DNA of 63,519 nt, filler included, from Chiloscyllium plagiosum (GCF_004010195.1; 6 parts of one record of this genome joined end to end with filler, not necessarily neighbours in it); one strand, 5' to 3'; numbered from the whole stretch's first letter, positions 1-12,887 are shown. The notes: a model not told the origin generated them from the letters alone. A program made the numbers and translations.

Positions 1-83
1 CTGTTCAGCAAGTTGGCTATTGTTTCTCTGGCTAGGGCTTTGTCAATAGACGTGAACAGTGCCGTTACATCGAATGAGACCAT
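1..83 (-). mobile_element. Penelope-like element (PLE) reverse transcriptase fragment running off the left edge
   Basis: Minus strand from ATG at 83 translates MVSFDVTALFTSIDKALARETIANLLN, the PLE RT motif A (SFDVxxLFTSI). Confidence 0.85.
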
Positions 84-189
84 GGCCCAAGCACTGACGA
101 AACGTTTGCAACAAAAAAAATCTTCCAGCTCGGCGAACAGAACCACAACAACGAGCACCCGAGCTACAAATCTTCGCACAAACTTTGAA
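84..189 (+). mobile_element. Inverted PLE terminal (pLTR) segment with collapsed hammerhead remnant
   Basis: caagcaCTGA-cGAAACGTttgcaac...cagctcggcgaacagaaccacaac abuts the minus-strand RT piece in opposite orientation, as expected for PLE 5' inversions. Confidence 0.6.
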
Positions 190-432
190 ATCTTCCTTTC
201 CATTTATCTGCTCCACCCTCCACTCTGACATATCACCATCACCTCCCGCCTTTATCCACCTATCACATTTCTAGCTACCTTTCCCCCAGCCCCATCCACC
301 TTCCCATTTATCTCTCAGCCCCCTTGGGGCCCCCCACATTCCTGATGAAGAGCTTATGCTCGAAACATCAACTCTTCTGCTCCTGAGGTGCTGCCTGACC
401 GGCTGTGCTTTTCCAGCACCACACATTTTGAC
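190..432 (+). mobile_element. PLE 3' end (pyrimidine-rich UTR plus hammerhead-bearing terminus)
   Basis: C/T-rich tract followed by CTGATGA-AGAGC-TTAT-GCTC-GAAAC and the gctgcctgacc...gcttttccagca terminus shared with 13371, 16101 and 27443. Confidence 0.7.
342..369 (+). ncRNA. Minimal hammerhead ribozyme motif (stem III decayed ACGT>ACAT)
   Basis: CTGATGA 342-348, stem II GAGC/GCTC with TTAT loop, GAAA 362-365. Confidence 0.65.
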
Positions 433-954
433 TTGGAGAGAATTGGGCCAAATGCAGACAGGTGGAACTAGTTTAGTTTTTGATTATGATTGGGCTGAAG
501 GGTCTGTTTCCATGTCTCTGTGAGTAGGGTGTTCAGCCCCTTGAGCCTGCGCCACCATTTGATAGCACCATGGCTGGTTGGAGTTTATGGATCTACAAAT
601 AGTTTATTGGTAAGTGTAGATATGGTGGATCGAGTGACCTCTTCCTGTGCCGTAAACACCTCTACATTTTCTAAGCAGTCTGAATATCTGGAGAGAAGGA
701 ATGTATAAGGTTGTAAGATGAAGACATGAGGGTGGGATTCAATATGTGAATTGCTCCTTAGGAAGGCCAGCAGAAAGACAGGGGGTTGAACGGCTTTCTT
801 CTATGCTATGATTCTATGAAATATACACTGTACATATTTTTTCTACTTTCCAGAAGGTGGATGTTTGAGACAGGCAGTAGGTTGGCCACCCCCTTCAGGT
901 GGCTTGTGCTGCTGTCAGAAACAAATGGGGTCCGAATTAAAGTGTGACAACAAT

Positions 955-1380
955 ATCTTGCATTTAGGTGGCACCTTTAAATTAGTAAAACATTAAGACT
1001 TTTCGCAGGAGTGCTCTCAGATATCAGTACGCACCAAGCTATATAAAGACAGGTTACCAAAGGGGATAAAAGCAAATTACTGTGGATGCTGGAATCTGAA
1101 ACCAAAAGAGAAAATGCTGGAAAATCTCAGCAGGTCTGGCAGCATCTGTAAGGAGAGAAAAGAGCTGATGTTTTGAGTCTAACTGACCCTTTATCAAAGA
1201 TTTTCCAGCATTTTCTCTTTTGGTTACCAAAGGGGAGTTCAAAATGATAGCCTTCAAGCAAAATGTTGAAGAAGGAGAGAGAGGTAGAGATATGGATAGG
1301 ATTAAGGAGGGACTTGTAGACCTGTAGGTTCAGGCAGCAGAAGGTATGGCCATCAATAAACAGGGAAACATTACGCAATC
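955..1380 (-). mobile_element. Old L2 LINE 3' end, interrupted by a PLE insertion
   Basis: cttgcatttaggtggcacctttaa... tail and gagagaggtagaga...ggcagcagaagg, homologous to 34375-34700. Confidence 0.55.
1067..1221 (-). mobile_element. Short fold-back PLE terminus insertion with target site duplication
   Basis: Direct repeat ggttaccaaagggga at 1052-1066 and 1222-1236; 28-bp perfect inverted repeat 1100-1127/1198-1225; degenerate hammerhead on the minus strand. Confidence 0.75.
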
Positions 1381-1589
1381 AGGACACCAGCGAACAGAGC
1401 TTTTTGCTGTGTTTTTACCACCACATCCTGAAACAAAGGGCCATACAATTTGAGAAGCAGCAATTTCCTGGCATCAGGAGGGAGTCTTCTGCTATTGAAA
1501 TGGAAAATTCCAGTCATTCTGCAGTAATAACACCATTGCAGCAGCACAATAACTCAAACAACAGCTCCGTTGCAGCAACAGCACCACGG

Positions 1590-1980
1590 CATCTCAATAT
1601 CGAGTTCAATAATTTTAGGGCTTGAACTCCCCCATGTTCTAGCCCCCTACCACACACACCAGGTCTTGTTATCACATAGTCTGCTATTACACGCTGCCTA
1701 TTGTTATCCATGAACAGTCTCCATTAACAACCATTCACCCTCACAGATAGATCATTATCCACACCTTTGTCTGTCCAAATATTCTTGTCTCTCTTGGGGC
1801 ACTTCCCCTACCTGTTGTTCATTGTTTACCTCCTCCCCCACCCTATCTTCTGCACATAAACCAACATTTTACTAGCTACCATCAGTTCTGAGGAAGGGTC
1901 ACCGGACCAACAATGTGAACTTTCTCTTCACAACTGCTGCCAGACCAGCTGAGATTTTCCAGCGACTTCAGTTTTTGTTT
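1590..1980 (+). mobile_element. PLE 3' end (GIY-YIG C-terminus, UTR, degenerate hammerhead)
   Basis: ORF ends LNIEFNNFRA*; CTGAGGA-AGGGTC-ACCG-GACC at 1888; terminus ctgccagaccagctgagattttccagc. Confidence 0.7.
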
Positions 1981-2435
1981 GTGTGCATGCGTGTGGAACT
2001 GTTGTTGAGTTAGTTATGGCTTGAATTAATATTTATTTTGAGTGCATTCCCTAAAATGGGAACAAAGTAGTAGAAAAAGGCAAGGGAGAATCAGAGATGT
2101 ACCAGATAATGGTGAGAGAAAGGAAGTTAGATGTAACATTGGTGTGGTTTTCCAGTTCACATTGAGGGTAGGACATGGCACTGACATAAGCATTAATGTA
2201 CGACAAATCTTTGGGAGCATTCCACTCCATGTACCTTGAGTCACACCTCGTAATTATTGCTTCCAGCCAATTACTTAACTTCCTCACACAACCATTATTA
2301 TAATATTATAATTCTATTAAAACACTTTCTAGAGGTTTGGACATGTAATATTGTGGTAATTTCTAATGCACACTTAACTATGGTTATGACAACAGATGAA
2401 TGGACCCCACACAGCAATCACCAGACAGGAGTGTT

Positions 2436-3463
2436 TCCTCCAAGTCAGAGAACAGTTCAGCGGTCTGGGACATTCGACCTCGGACCTTCACTCTCTCTCA
2501 TATGCTCACACATACACTCCCACCCTCACCCATACACTCTCACATTCACACATGCACCCTCTCACAGACATATACGCCTTTACACTCACACATACACATA
2601 CACACACTCTTTCATTGACATTCATATACCACCCCACGCATGCGCGCATACACACACACACACAGACACTGCACACACAAACACGCGCATACAAGTTTGT
2701 GGGGTGAATTTGTACTTGTAGAATTACAAGTTAGGTTAGGCCACAGTTGGAGTACTGTGTGCAGTTCTGGTCGCCTCACTTTAGGAAAGATGTGGCTCAC
2801 CCATACACTCTCACATTCACACATGCACCCTCTCACAGACATATACGCCTTTACACTCACACATACACACACTCTTTCATTGACATTCATATACCACCCC
2901 ACGCATGCGCGCATACACACACACGCATAGACACTGCACACACAAACATGCGCATACAAGTTTGTGGGGTGAATTTGTACTTGTAGAATTACATTTTATT
3001 TTGCTCAAAAACTGCATGAATCCATGTAAGATTCTGCAAATCCCTTTTTTAGATTAGAATCAGTCTGAAAATTAGGGCACAGACAGCCGCACAAAGGGCA
3101 CCTCATGTCTTCAGTGCCTTAACTGGGCCAATATGACACCTATTGTTAAAGTTCACTTGAGAATGTAACTTTGAGAAAGTTCTGGAATTTACGTATGAAA
3201 GAACTGAAACCAATATCCCCATTCTAAAAGATGAGAGACTTAGCAAACAATCCAGGTCTTTTCTCATATATAATTTCAGTTACATCACAGTGTAAACTTT
3301 TGCTATAAATTCTGTGTCCTATGATCTTATACTCCACAACCACCTGATGAAGGAGCAATGCTCCAAAATCTAGTGTTTCCAAATAAACCTGTTGGACTAT
3401 AACCTGGTGTTGTGGGGTCTTTAACTTTGCCCACTCCAGTCCAACACCGGCACCTCCAAATCA
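2436..3463 (+). mobile_element. PLE 3' portion (GIY-YIG remnant, CA-rich UTR, hammerhead terminus) with internal duplication
   Basis: VREQFSGLGHSTSDL resembles the PLE GIY-YIG region; CTGATGA-AGGAGC-AAT-GCTCC-AAAA at 3344; terminus matches 33629, 42894 and 56546. Confidence 0.75.
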
Positions 3464-4529
3464 CACTTAAAATAGTCTAAGAGTTTGGTGTGGCCTGGTC
3501 AACCCTTTCTGATATTGTCTCATCTGTCATCTGGGCTATTTAAGCACCATGTTGGCTTGCTTCCATCTCTCTCTATTCATGAACTTTCTCACAATGATGA
3601 AATGTTGCTTTTGAGTAATGTTAGCTTGCTATCTTTCCTGTACAAATCATAATGAAATCACTAAACATCAAACCAGAGCCTCCGAGATTAATCCAATTTT
3701 ACGAGTGACTTCTCAAGTGAATGATTTAGCAATTAACTACTGAGCATGTTAAGTATTTTTCATATATTCTGATCCTCAATCTAAACTGTATGAATGAGTT
3801 GACTCATTATAACCTACACAGCGGCTAAAAAATTAGGAAACTATTTTCCTGTCCGTAATGTTATTACTGTTGCGCTTAGTACTCTGTTGAATAGACTTCT
3901 TATTTTTAAGCTCCAGCACAATGTCTTTAATCTCTCCCAGTTTTGGCAGGAAAACCATTTGCAATCTAACACCCACTTGGCCTTATGACTGTAACTATAA
4001 AACTCCATCCGTTGTTCAGTGCTTCCTTCCTCTTCCAGTTTCCAGGTTCTTAAAAACCCATATTTAGTATTTATTTGATGACATCCTCTTCTTTGTGTGC
4101 CCATTCACACTTCACAATCAGGATGATGCCCAGTATTATAAACTTTGACCCCTTACTCTGATATCGCATTTAAAAACAACACCCACTCCCACACCCCAGA
4201 AATAATTGGCAGCCCCACTCAAAGCAATCATAAGGCAGCAGAAATGCAGAATGGAAAGGTCACTGCATTGGTTCAGTGGGTGGGAAGGCAGGCGATTGAA
4301 GGTAGAATGGAAAAGTTTTGCCTATATTTGTACTTGACCTGGAATTACCTCGTGCTAACACTGAAAATTTCAATTTAGACCCTGGCTGTCTGGTGGGAAT
4401 GGTGTGGGCAGAGGATTAAAAGAAAGTTTGTCCAATCTCCATCATGTTCCAGATGCTTCATTTTTGTCCTCATGTTAACCCCATAGTTTAGTGACATGAT
4501 AAAGGCTGCTCACCGTGAGAACTGGAGTC

Positions 4530-5260
4530 CTTGATGATACTTTGGTAAAGTCACAGCTGGGGTACTGTGCAGTTCTGATCACCGCACTATGAAAGGTCAG
4601 ATAAAGTCACCAATCGGACTGTTTTCTCATCAGAGAGACACAACCTGTTGTGGTTTAGCCTGAATGTCAGGCAAGAGGCAAAGTTGAGAAGCTGGGGCCT
4701 TCGTGGTAAGGTCAGCCCATGCAGGCATCAAATCCATCCTGTCAAACCAACCATCCAGCAAACTGAGCTAACAGAGCCCCAGGTAGGATGGGAATCCACT
4801 GGAAGAAGTGCCGAGGAGAGTCACCAGAATGTTGCCTGGGATGGAGCATTTCGGAGAAGCTGGATAAGCTCAGGTTGTTTTCTTTAGAGCAGGGAAAGTT
4901 GAGGGTGGTGGAACTGGATTGAAATGAATGAGAGTAAGAGGGGAATTGACACGGTGGATAGAACAGCTGTTCCTGTTGAAGGGTCAGCAACAAGTATCAT
5001 CATTTTATGGTGAAAGGCAGGAGGTTTAGAGGAGATTTGTGGAAAAATGTTGACAATCTGGAATACACTGTCTGGGAGGGTAGAGTTGAGACAAGAAACC
5101 TCACAACCCTGAAAATGTACTTAAATGAGCACTTCAAGTGTCATAATTTTCAAGTCTATGTGCTCACTGCAGGAAAATGGAACAAATGGAGATTTTGTTT
5201 TTGTAAATGCAGGGTCAACGGGCCAAAAGGCCTTTCTGTACTGTATGATTCTATGATCTA
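4530..5260 (+). mobile_element. Degenerate CR1 3' part, interrupted by a SINE
   Basis: ggggtactgtgcagttctg...; ccagaatgttgcctgggatggag; ends gattctatgatcta. Confidence 0.65.
4603..4780 (-). mobile_element. tRNA-derived SINE, degenerate
   Basis: Minus strand starts ggggctctgtTAGCTCAGTTTGctgg (A-box-like); homologous to 31676-31860. Confidence 0.55.
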
Positions 5261-5807
5261 TTAATGGAAATACCTGATAAAATATTAATAACCTCAATGG
5301 GATTTTAACTGGAAACTGACGTTGCAGTGCCCTGTACCAAGGCAATCAGTGAAAGTGATACAGGAGGCTGAATCCAGGACAAGGAAATGCCCAAAATCAT
5401 AGAATCATAGGTACATGATATTGAGCCCACACGGTAACCTGACACCAGAGCAGGATGAATCTGCAAACTATGCCTATTGAATTTGTATGTATTTAGTTTA
5501 TCCTCTGATCCACCTAGAGTGCTGGTTAGATTACTGAAAGCAGTGTCTTTGCAGGTGTAGAATGGCTGATTGAGAATGTTACATTGCGTGTCCTTAGACA
5601 ATAGTTCAGCAGGAATCTACATTAAGGGATGAAAGGAAAAGAAAGAAAAAAATTGACAGCCACTAAAAATTTTAAACCTTTGTGCATCACTGATTTCACT
5701 TCATCTAAAGTCCCTTCGTAGCCACTATACTTGAGGGAGGATGTCAATAGCTTAGACAGACATATAGAGGAATACCTGCAATATTACAAGGTATTCCAAT
5801 TACATTC

Positions 5808-8758
5808 TGAGAATAGGAGGATAGAGCAAATGAATGCATGGCTGAGGAGCTGGTGTATGGGAGAAGGATTCACATTTTTGGATCATTGGAATCTCTTTTG
5901 GGGTAGAAGTGACCTGTACAAGAAGGACGGATTGCACCTAAATTGGAAGGGGACTAATATATAGGCAGGGAAATTTGCTAGAACTGCTTGGGAGGATTTA
6001 AACTAGTAAGTTGGTGGGGTGGGACCCAGGGAGATAGTGAGGAAAGAGATCGATCTGAGAGGGGTATAGCTGAGAACAGAAGTGAGTCAAACAGTCAGGG
6101 CAGGCAGGGACAAGGTAGGACTAATAAATTAAACTGCATTTATTTCGATGCAAATGGCCTAACAGGGAAAGCAGATGAACTCACGGCGTGGTTAGGAACA
6201 TGGGACTGGGATATCATAGCAATTACAGAAACATGGCTCAGGGATGGACAGGACAGGCAGCTTAATGTTCCAGGATACAAATGCTACAGGAAGGATAGAA
6301 AGGGAGGCAAGAGAGGAGGGGGAGTGGCATTTTTGATAAAGGATAGCATTACAGCTGTGCTGAGGGAGGATATTCCTGGAAATACATCCAGAGAAGTTAT
6401 TTAGTTGGAACTGAGAAATAAGAAAGGGATGATCGCCTTATTGGAATTGCATTATAGACCACCCAATAGTCAGAGGGAAATTGAGAAACAAACTTGTAAG
6501 GAGATCTCAGTTTTCTGTAAGAATAATAGGGTAGTTATAGTAGGGGGTCTTAACTTCCCAAACATCGACTGGGACTGCCATAGTGTTAAAGGTTTAGATG
6601 GAGAGGAATTTGTTAAGTGTGTACAAGAAAATTTTCTGATTCAGGTAATGGATGTTCCCGCCTCAGGCGACTGACTGTGTGGAGTTTGCACATTCTCCCC
6701 GTGTCTGCGTGGGTTTCCTCCGGGTGCTCCGGTTTCGTCCCACAGTCCAAAGATGTGCAGGTCAGGTGAATTGGCCATGCTAAATTGCCCGTAGTGTTAG
6801 GTAAGGGGTAGATGTAGGGGTATGGGTGGGTTGCGCTTCGGCGGGGCGGTGTGGACTTGTTGGGCCAAAGGGCCTGTTTCCACACTGTAAGTAATCTAAT
6901 CTAATCTACTAGAGAAGGTGCAAAACTTGACCTACTCTTGGGAAATAAGGCAGGGCAGGTGACTGAGGTGTCAGTGGGGGAGCNNNNNNNNNNNNNNNNN
7001 NNNNNNNNNNNNNNNNNNNNNNNNNNNNNNNNNNNNNNNNNNNNNNNNNNNNNNNNNNNNNNNNNNNNNNNNNNNNNNNNNNNNNNNNNNNNNNNNNNNN
7101 NNNNNNNNNNNNNNNNNNNNNNNNNNNNNNNNNNNNNNNNNNNNNNNNNNNNNNNNNNNNNNNNNNNNNNNNNNNNNNNNNNNNNNNNNNNNNNNNNNNN
7201 NNNNNNNNNNNNNNNNNNNNNNNNNNNNNNNNNNNNNNNNNNNNNNNNNNNNNNNNNNNNNNNNNNNNNNNNNNNNNNNNNNNNNNNNNNNNNNNNNNNN
7301 NNNNNNGATGGTGACACCTTGCAAAATGTCCAGATTACAGAGGAGGAAGTGCTGGATGTCTTGAAATGGTTAAAGGTGGATAAATCCCCAGGACCTGATC
7401 AGGTGTACCTGAGAACTCTGCGGGAAGCTAGAGAACTGATTGCTGGGCCTCTTGCTGAGATATTTGTATCATCGATAGTCAAGGGTGAGGTGCTGGAAGA
7501 CTGGAGGTTGGCAAACGTGGTGCCACTGTTTAAGAAGGGCGGTAAAGACAAGCCAGGGAACTATAGACTGGTGAGCCTGACATCGGTGGTGGGCAAGTTG
7601 TTGGAGGGAATCCTGAGGGACAGGATGTACATGTATTTGGAAAGGCAAGGACTGATTCGGGATAGTCAACATGGCTTAGTGTGTGGAAGATCATGTCTCA
7701 CAAACTTGATTGAATGCTTTGAAGAAGTAACAAAGAAGATTGATGAGGGCAGAGCAGTAGGTGTGATCTATATGGACTTCAATAAGGCGTTCGACAAGGT
7801 TCCCCATGGGAGACTGATTAGCAAGGTTAGATCTCATGGAATACAGGGAGAACTAGCCATTTGGATACAGACCTGGCTGAAAGGTAGAAGGCAGAGAGTG
7901 GTGGTGGTGGAGGGTTGTTTTTCAGACTGGAGGCCTGTGACCAGTGGAGTTCCACAAGGATCGGTGCTGGGCCCTCTACATTTTGTCATTTACATAAATG
8001 ATTTGGATGCGAGCATAACAGGTACAGTTAGTAAGTTTGCAGATGACACCAAAATTGGAGGTGTAGTGGACAGCGAAGAGGGTTACCTCAGATTACAACA
8101 GGATCTGGACCAGATGGGCCAATGGGCTGAGAAGTGGCAGATGGAGTTTAATTCAGATAAATGTGAGGTGCTGCATTTTGGGAAAGCCTGTACAGGACAT
8201 TGGTTAGGCCACTCTTAGAATATTGCGTGCAATTCTGGTCTCCTTCCTATCGGAAAGATGTTGTGAAACTTGAAAGGGTTCAGAAAAGATTTACAAGGAT
8301 GTTGCCAGGGTTGGAGGATCTGACCTACAGGGAGAAGCTGAACAGGCTTGGACTGTTTTCCCTGGAGTGTCGGAGGCTGAGGGGTGACCTTATAGAGAAT
8401 TACAAAATTATGAGGGGTATGGATAGGATAAATAGACCCTGGGGTCGGGGAGTCCAGAACTAGAGGGCATAGGTTTAGGGTGAGAGAGGAAAGATATAAA
8501 AGAGACCTAAGGGGCAACTTTTTCACACAAAGGGTGGTACGTGTATGGAATGAGCTGCCAGAGGATGTGGTGGAGGCTGGTACAATTGCAACATTTAAGA
8601 GGTATTTGGATGGGTATATGAATAGGGAGGGTTGGAAGGGATATGGGCCGGGTGCTGGCAGGTGGGACTAGATTGGGTTGGGATATCTGGTCGGCATTGA
8701 CAGGTTGGACCGAAGGGTTTGTTTCCATGTTGTACATCTCTATGACTCTATGACTCTA
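5808..8758 (+). mobile_element. 5'-truncated CR1 LINE (ORF1 SGNH esterase end, ORF2 APE endonuclease plus RT), non-functional
   Basis: DLYKKDGLHLN (esterase), WDIIAITETWL (APE), [10 protein letters not shown] and [10 protein letters not shown] (RT), (tatgactc)n tail; stops, SINE insertion, N-gap and internal deletion near 8187. Confidence 0.95.
6655..6908 (+). mobile_element. HE1/V-SINE, 5'-truncated, inserted in CR1
   Basis: V-domain ctgtgtggagtttgcacattctccccgtgtctgcgtgggtttcctccgggtgctccggtttc; (aatct)n tail; CR1 resumes at ctactagagaagg. Confidence 0.9.
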
Positions 8759-9385
8759 AGTTAAGATTATTCTCTCTACAGCAATGAATCTTCAGGGAAA
8801 ATTGAAGAGAAGTGCTCAAAATATAAAGATCATTATTTTAAGGTGAAAGGCAGGAGGTTTAGAGGGGATTTGTGGAAAAAAGTAAAGGTAAACCATTTAT
8901 AGAAAGGTGAGTTTCTAGAGAACATGGATTCATGGTAATATGTGGATGGAGGTGTAAGAGAAGACATGAGCAGAAAGGAGTTTGTGTGGTCAGTTGTGAT
9001 GTGGAATGCATTGCCTGAAAGGGCTCTGGAAACTGCTTCAATTGCAAGGGATTTAGGTAAGTAGAATAGTATAGTCATGTATTGTCACATGTACTTTTAC
9101 ATGAAAAGTTTTATAAATTGCCGCACCATAGCATATATATCCATGACGGAAGTCATACATGGTAATAAAAAAGCCGTAAAATTAGGACAAAGTTTATCAC
9201 AGTTTAGTGAGTGGCTCCTGGGATTGGGAAAGGCTGATTAAGGAACAATGGAATACGCTCGAGAAACAATCAGGAGGAGATCGCCATTCCAGACTGAAAC
9301 TGCCATTCCGGGCCTAGACCACCAGGCCAGCCTAGACCACCAAGCCAGGCCACTGGACAAATGCATGAATAGGAAGGAAAGAGGG

Positions 9386-9505
9386 ATTTATTTCAATGCA
9401 AGCGGCCTAACAGGGAAGGCAAATGAACTCAGGGCATGGTTAGGAACATGGGACTGGGATATCATAGCAGTTACAGAAACATGTCTCAGGGATGGGCAGG
9501 ACTGG
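9386..9505 (+). mobile_element. Internal CR1 endonuclease fragment flanked by a 28-bp direct repeat
   Basis: IYFNASGLTGKANELRAWLGTWDWDIIAVTET, near-identical to ~6137-6258; flanks 9358-9385 and 9506-9533. Confidence 0.85.
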
Positions 9506-11843
9506 CAAATACATGAATAGGAAGGAAAGAGGGGGACATGGATCCTGTAAATGAAGACAGTTATAGTACAGAAGGGCAAAATATGCCCACGCAGATTTGG
9601 AGGGCTGAAGGGCCTGTTCCTGTGCTGTGTTTTTCTTTCTTCTTCATTTTAAAACCTGCACAAATTCAGTGAGGCAGCCGCTGCGGGTCCACATATTGAG
9701 CTGCACAGCCACCTTGCAGTCCCTGTTGCATGCTATCAGACTCCTCCTGAGATTCAGAGAAGGTCATTCGTTCTGTGGCAGAACCGGACCCATTTGAGCT
9801 GTCCCTCCCTTGGTAGCTGATGTACTGCCTGTGGCTGGAACGGAGTGTGTCTCTGCCTCCTTGGTCATTTGAGTTGGCCTCTTCCAGGCACTCAATATTA
9901 ACACCATCACTCTTCACCATTAACCCTGCCTGGAGGGAACTCTATCATTGATGTACCAGGCGACACCTCCCTCAGCCCCAATCTAAACTGTATGTGTAAC
10001 AAGCATCTTGTCCAAGACCAATGAGACATAACAATTTATTTAAAATTACATTAAGCTTCACCAACTAGCTCCTCTCACATCTCCAACACTTACAGCGTCC
10101 ACTGCCTCTGGTGTGCCCGCATCTGTGTCAGGCGTCACATGCCATGTCAACGTGTGCCACCTCCTGCTATTTTCATTAATTATCTGCACCAACACGTGAT
10201 TGCATTTGGATAGCTGCAGGAGACCCTGCCACATCATTGAGACCCTTCTGAACTGGCCTTAGGTGCAAATAAATTCTGCTTGTGACTACAGGCAGATAAA
10301 GTAGGTGTCAGCTACCCTGCTGCCTGCAGTGTTCAGCCCAAAGTCTATGATTAAAGAATTAGTTCACTCTATGTTTACCAGATTTAATCATATACAATAA
10401 CCTGGATAGACTGGATTGCAACTGGAGACATATTTTACCCACAGATAAACAAATAGCTGGCTTGTTTACTAAAAACTGTAAGAAACAAAGTCCCACTGTC
10501 GGAGAATCAGTGGGAAAACTATATGTAAAACGCAGTTGGCAAAACTTATTGTTTATCGGAAGAAAGGAGGTGAAGGGTCACAGCTCACGGTATGAGACAT
10601 GGCCAAGGTTGAAGAGAACAGGAGAGAAGACAAAATAAATCAAGAGGCAGAGTTCAGGTTGCAAGAGTTGAAAAGCTCAGTGGATTGTAGGGCTGTGTGA
10701 ATAAGTATTACAATTTGAATCCTGGAAAGAATGTGTTAGACATAATGTGGTGCAGTGAGCATGGAGTGTGCTGCCTGAAAGGTGGGTGGAAGCAGACTCA
10801 TAAAACTCACGAAAGGGAGATTGATAAGTACTTGAAAAGGAGAAATCTGCAGAGCAATGCGCAAAGAGCGGAGGTAGTGGGGCTGGTGGGTATTGACCTG
10901 TCACAAGAACCAACACAGGGATGATGGCTTGATTGGCATCGTACTGTGTTGAATGAGTCTATGGATATGTAATTGCACATGAGTGGAAATTCACAACCAT
11001 GTAAAATGACATTTACTTTTGTTATATAATCCACCAGCTATTCGGTTCTGCTGACGTCAACTGTACGGTGTTTCACAATCCTGTCCTTAGGAACCTGGTT
11101 TTAATCACAAGGAGAATGGCAGTAGGAATTGGTGAAGAGTCATTTTTTTGAAACATAAAAGGGCAAAGCAAAAAAGGTTTAAATGAGCAATAAGAGTTGC
11201 AGATGCAGTAAATTAGAAATAGTAAGTACCGTAGGAGAAGCAATGGGGCACTGAAGTTGTGACAACAAATCACATCAGGAAACATTTTTTATTTCAGGAT
11301 TAGAAAATTCTACAGAATGGTGCAAGTTGCATTTATAAGACGCTACCCGGAACACATGAAATGGAATAGATAGACAAACATTCATTATTTTTATTGTGTG
11401 ACATTGGTGAATGTGACAGTCCTACTGTTCCTCCATGAAACAAATGGTCAATTATGACTGAGGTGAAGCCAGGCTTTATGAAAATTCCTTGTGAATTTAC
11501 TAGTTTGAAACCACCAAATGCACTTTTAAGAAGACTGAAGCCACATTATCATGACATGATATGGAAGTGAAAGATGGCTAAATGTTTACATTCCCAATAT
11601 ATTTCAAAGCTACTGAAATTGAGACAACCCGACAACAAAGCCTCACAGGAACAGCAGAAACCCGTTTAGCTCCTTGAGCCTGTTCTGTTGCTGTTCAATG
11701 AGATGACGTGCTCTAACTCCATATGCCTGCCTTTGACCCAGATCCTTTTATACCCTTGCTTAACAAAAATGTATCTATCTCAGGTTGGAAATTAACAATT
11801 GATCCAATGTCAACTGCCATTTGTGGAGGAGACTTCTGAACAG

Positions 11844-12887
11844 AGAGTCATAGAGTCACAGAGATGTACAGCACGGAAACAGACCCTTCGGTCCAACCCG
11901 TCCATGCCGATCAGGTATCCCAACCCAATCTAGTCCCACCTGCCAGCACCTGGCCCATATCCCTCCAAACCCTTCCTATTCATATACCCATCCAAATGCC
12001 TCTTAAATGTTGCAATTGTACCAGCCTCCACCACTTCCTCTGGCAGCTCATTCCATACATGTACCACCCTCTACATGAAAAAAGTTGCCCCTTAGGTCTC
12101 TCTTATACCTGTCCTTTCTCACCCTAAACCTATGCCCCTCTAGTTCTGGACTCCCTGACCCCAAGGAAAAGACTTTGCCTATTTACCTTATCCATACTCC
12201 TCATAATTTTGTAAACCTCTATAAGGTCACGCCTCAGCCTCTGACGCTCCAGGAAAAACAGTCCCAGCATGTTTAGCCTCTCCCTATAGCTCAAATCCTC
12301 CAACCCTGGCAACATCCTTGTAAATCTTTTCTGAACCCTTTCAAGTTTCACAACATCTTTCTGATAGGAAGGAGACCAGAATTGCATGCAATATTCCAAC
12401 AATGGCCTAACTAATGTCCTGTACAGCTGCAACATGACCTTCCAACTCCTGTACTCAATACTCTGACCAATAAAGGAAAGCATACCAAACGCCTTCTTCA
12501 CTATCCTATCTACCTGCGACTCCACTTTTAGGGAGCAATGAACCTGCACTCCAAGGTCTCTTTGTTCAGCAACACTCCTGAGGACCTTACCAATAAGTGT
12601 ATTAGTCCTGCTAATGTTTGCTTTCCCAAAATGCAGCACCTCACATTTATCTGAATTAAACTCCATCTGCCACTTCTCAGCCCATTGGCCCATCTGGTCC
12701 AGATCCTGTTGTAATCCGAGGTAACCCTCTTCGCTGTCTACTACACCTCCAATTTTGGTGTCATCTGCAAACTTACTAACTGTACCTCTTATGCTCGCAT
12801 CCAAATCATGTACGTAAATGACAAAAAGTAGAGGACCCAGCACTGATCCTTGTGGCACTCCACTGGTCACAGGCCTCCAGTCTGAAA
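11844..12887 (-). mobile_element. CR1 LINE 3' part (RT C-terminus and 3' UTR)
   Basis: ORF 12130-12870 with [29 protein letters not shown]; tail gagtcatagagtca. Confidence 0.95.

Noticed and set aside
6938..8218. RT ORF as an active or domesticated gene
   Set aside because: Element has stops, a SINE insertion, an internal deletion and 5' truncation
9660..10330. Possible ancient Harbinger-like remnant (also ~39430-40340)
   Set aside because: Impression only; no TIR or catalytic motif could be read
11053..11060. Perfect CRE palindrome TGACGTCA; also a CTCF-like motif near 59614 and an X-box-like motif near 33181
   Set aside because: Single short motifs are expected by chance in 63 kb
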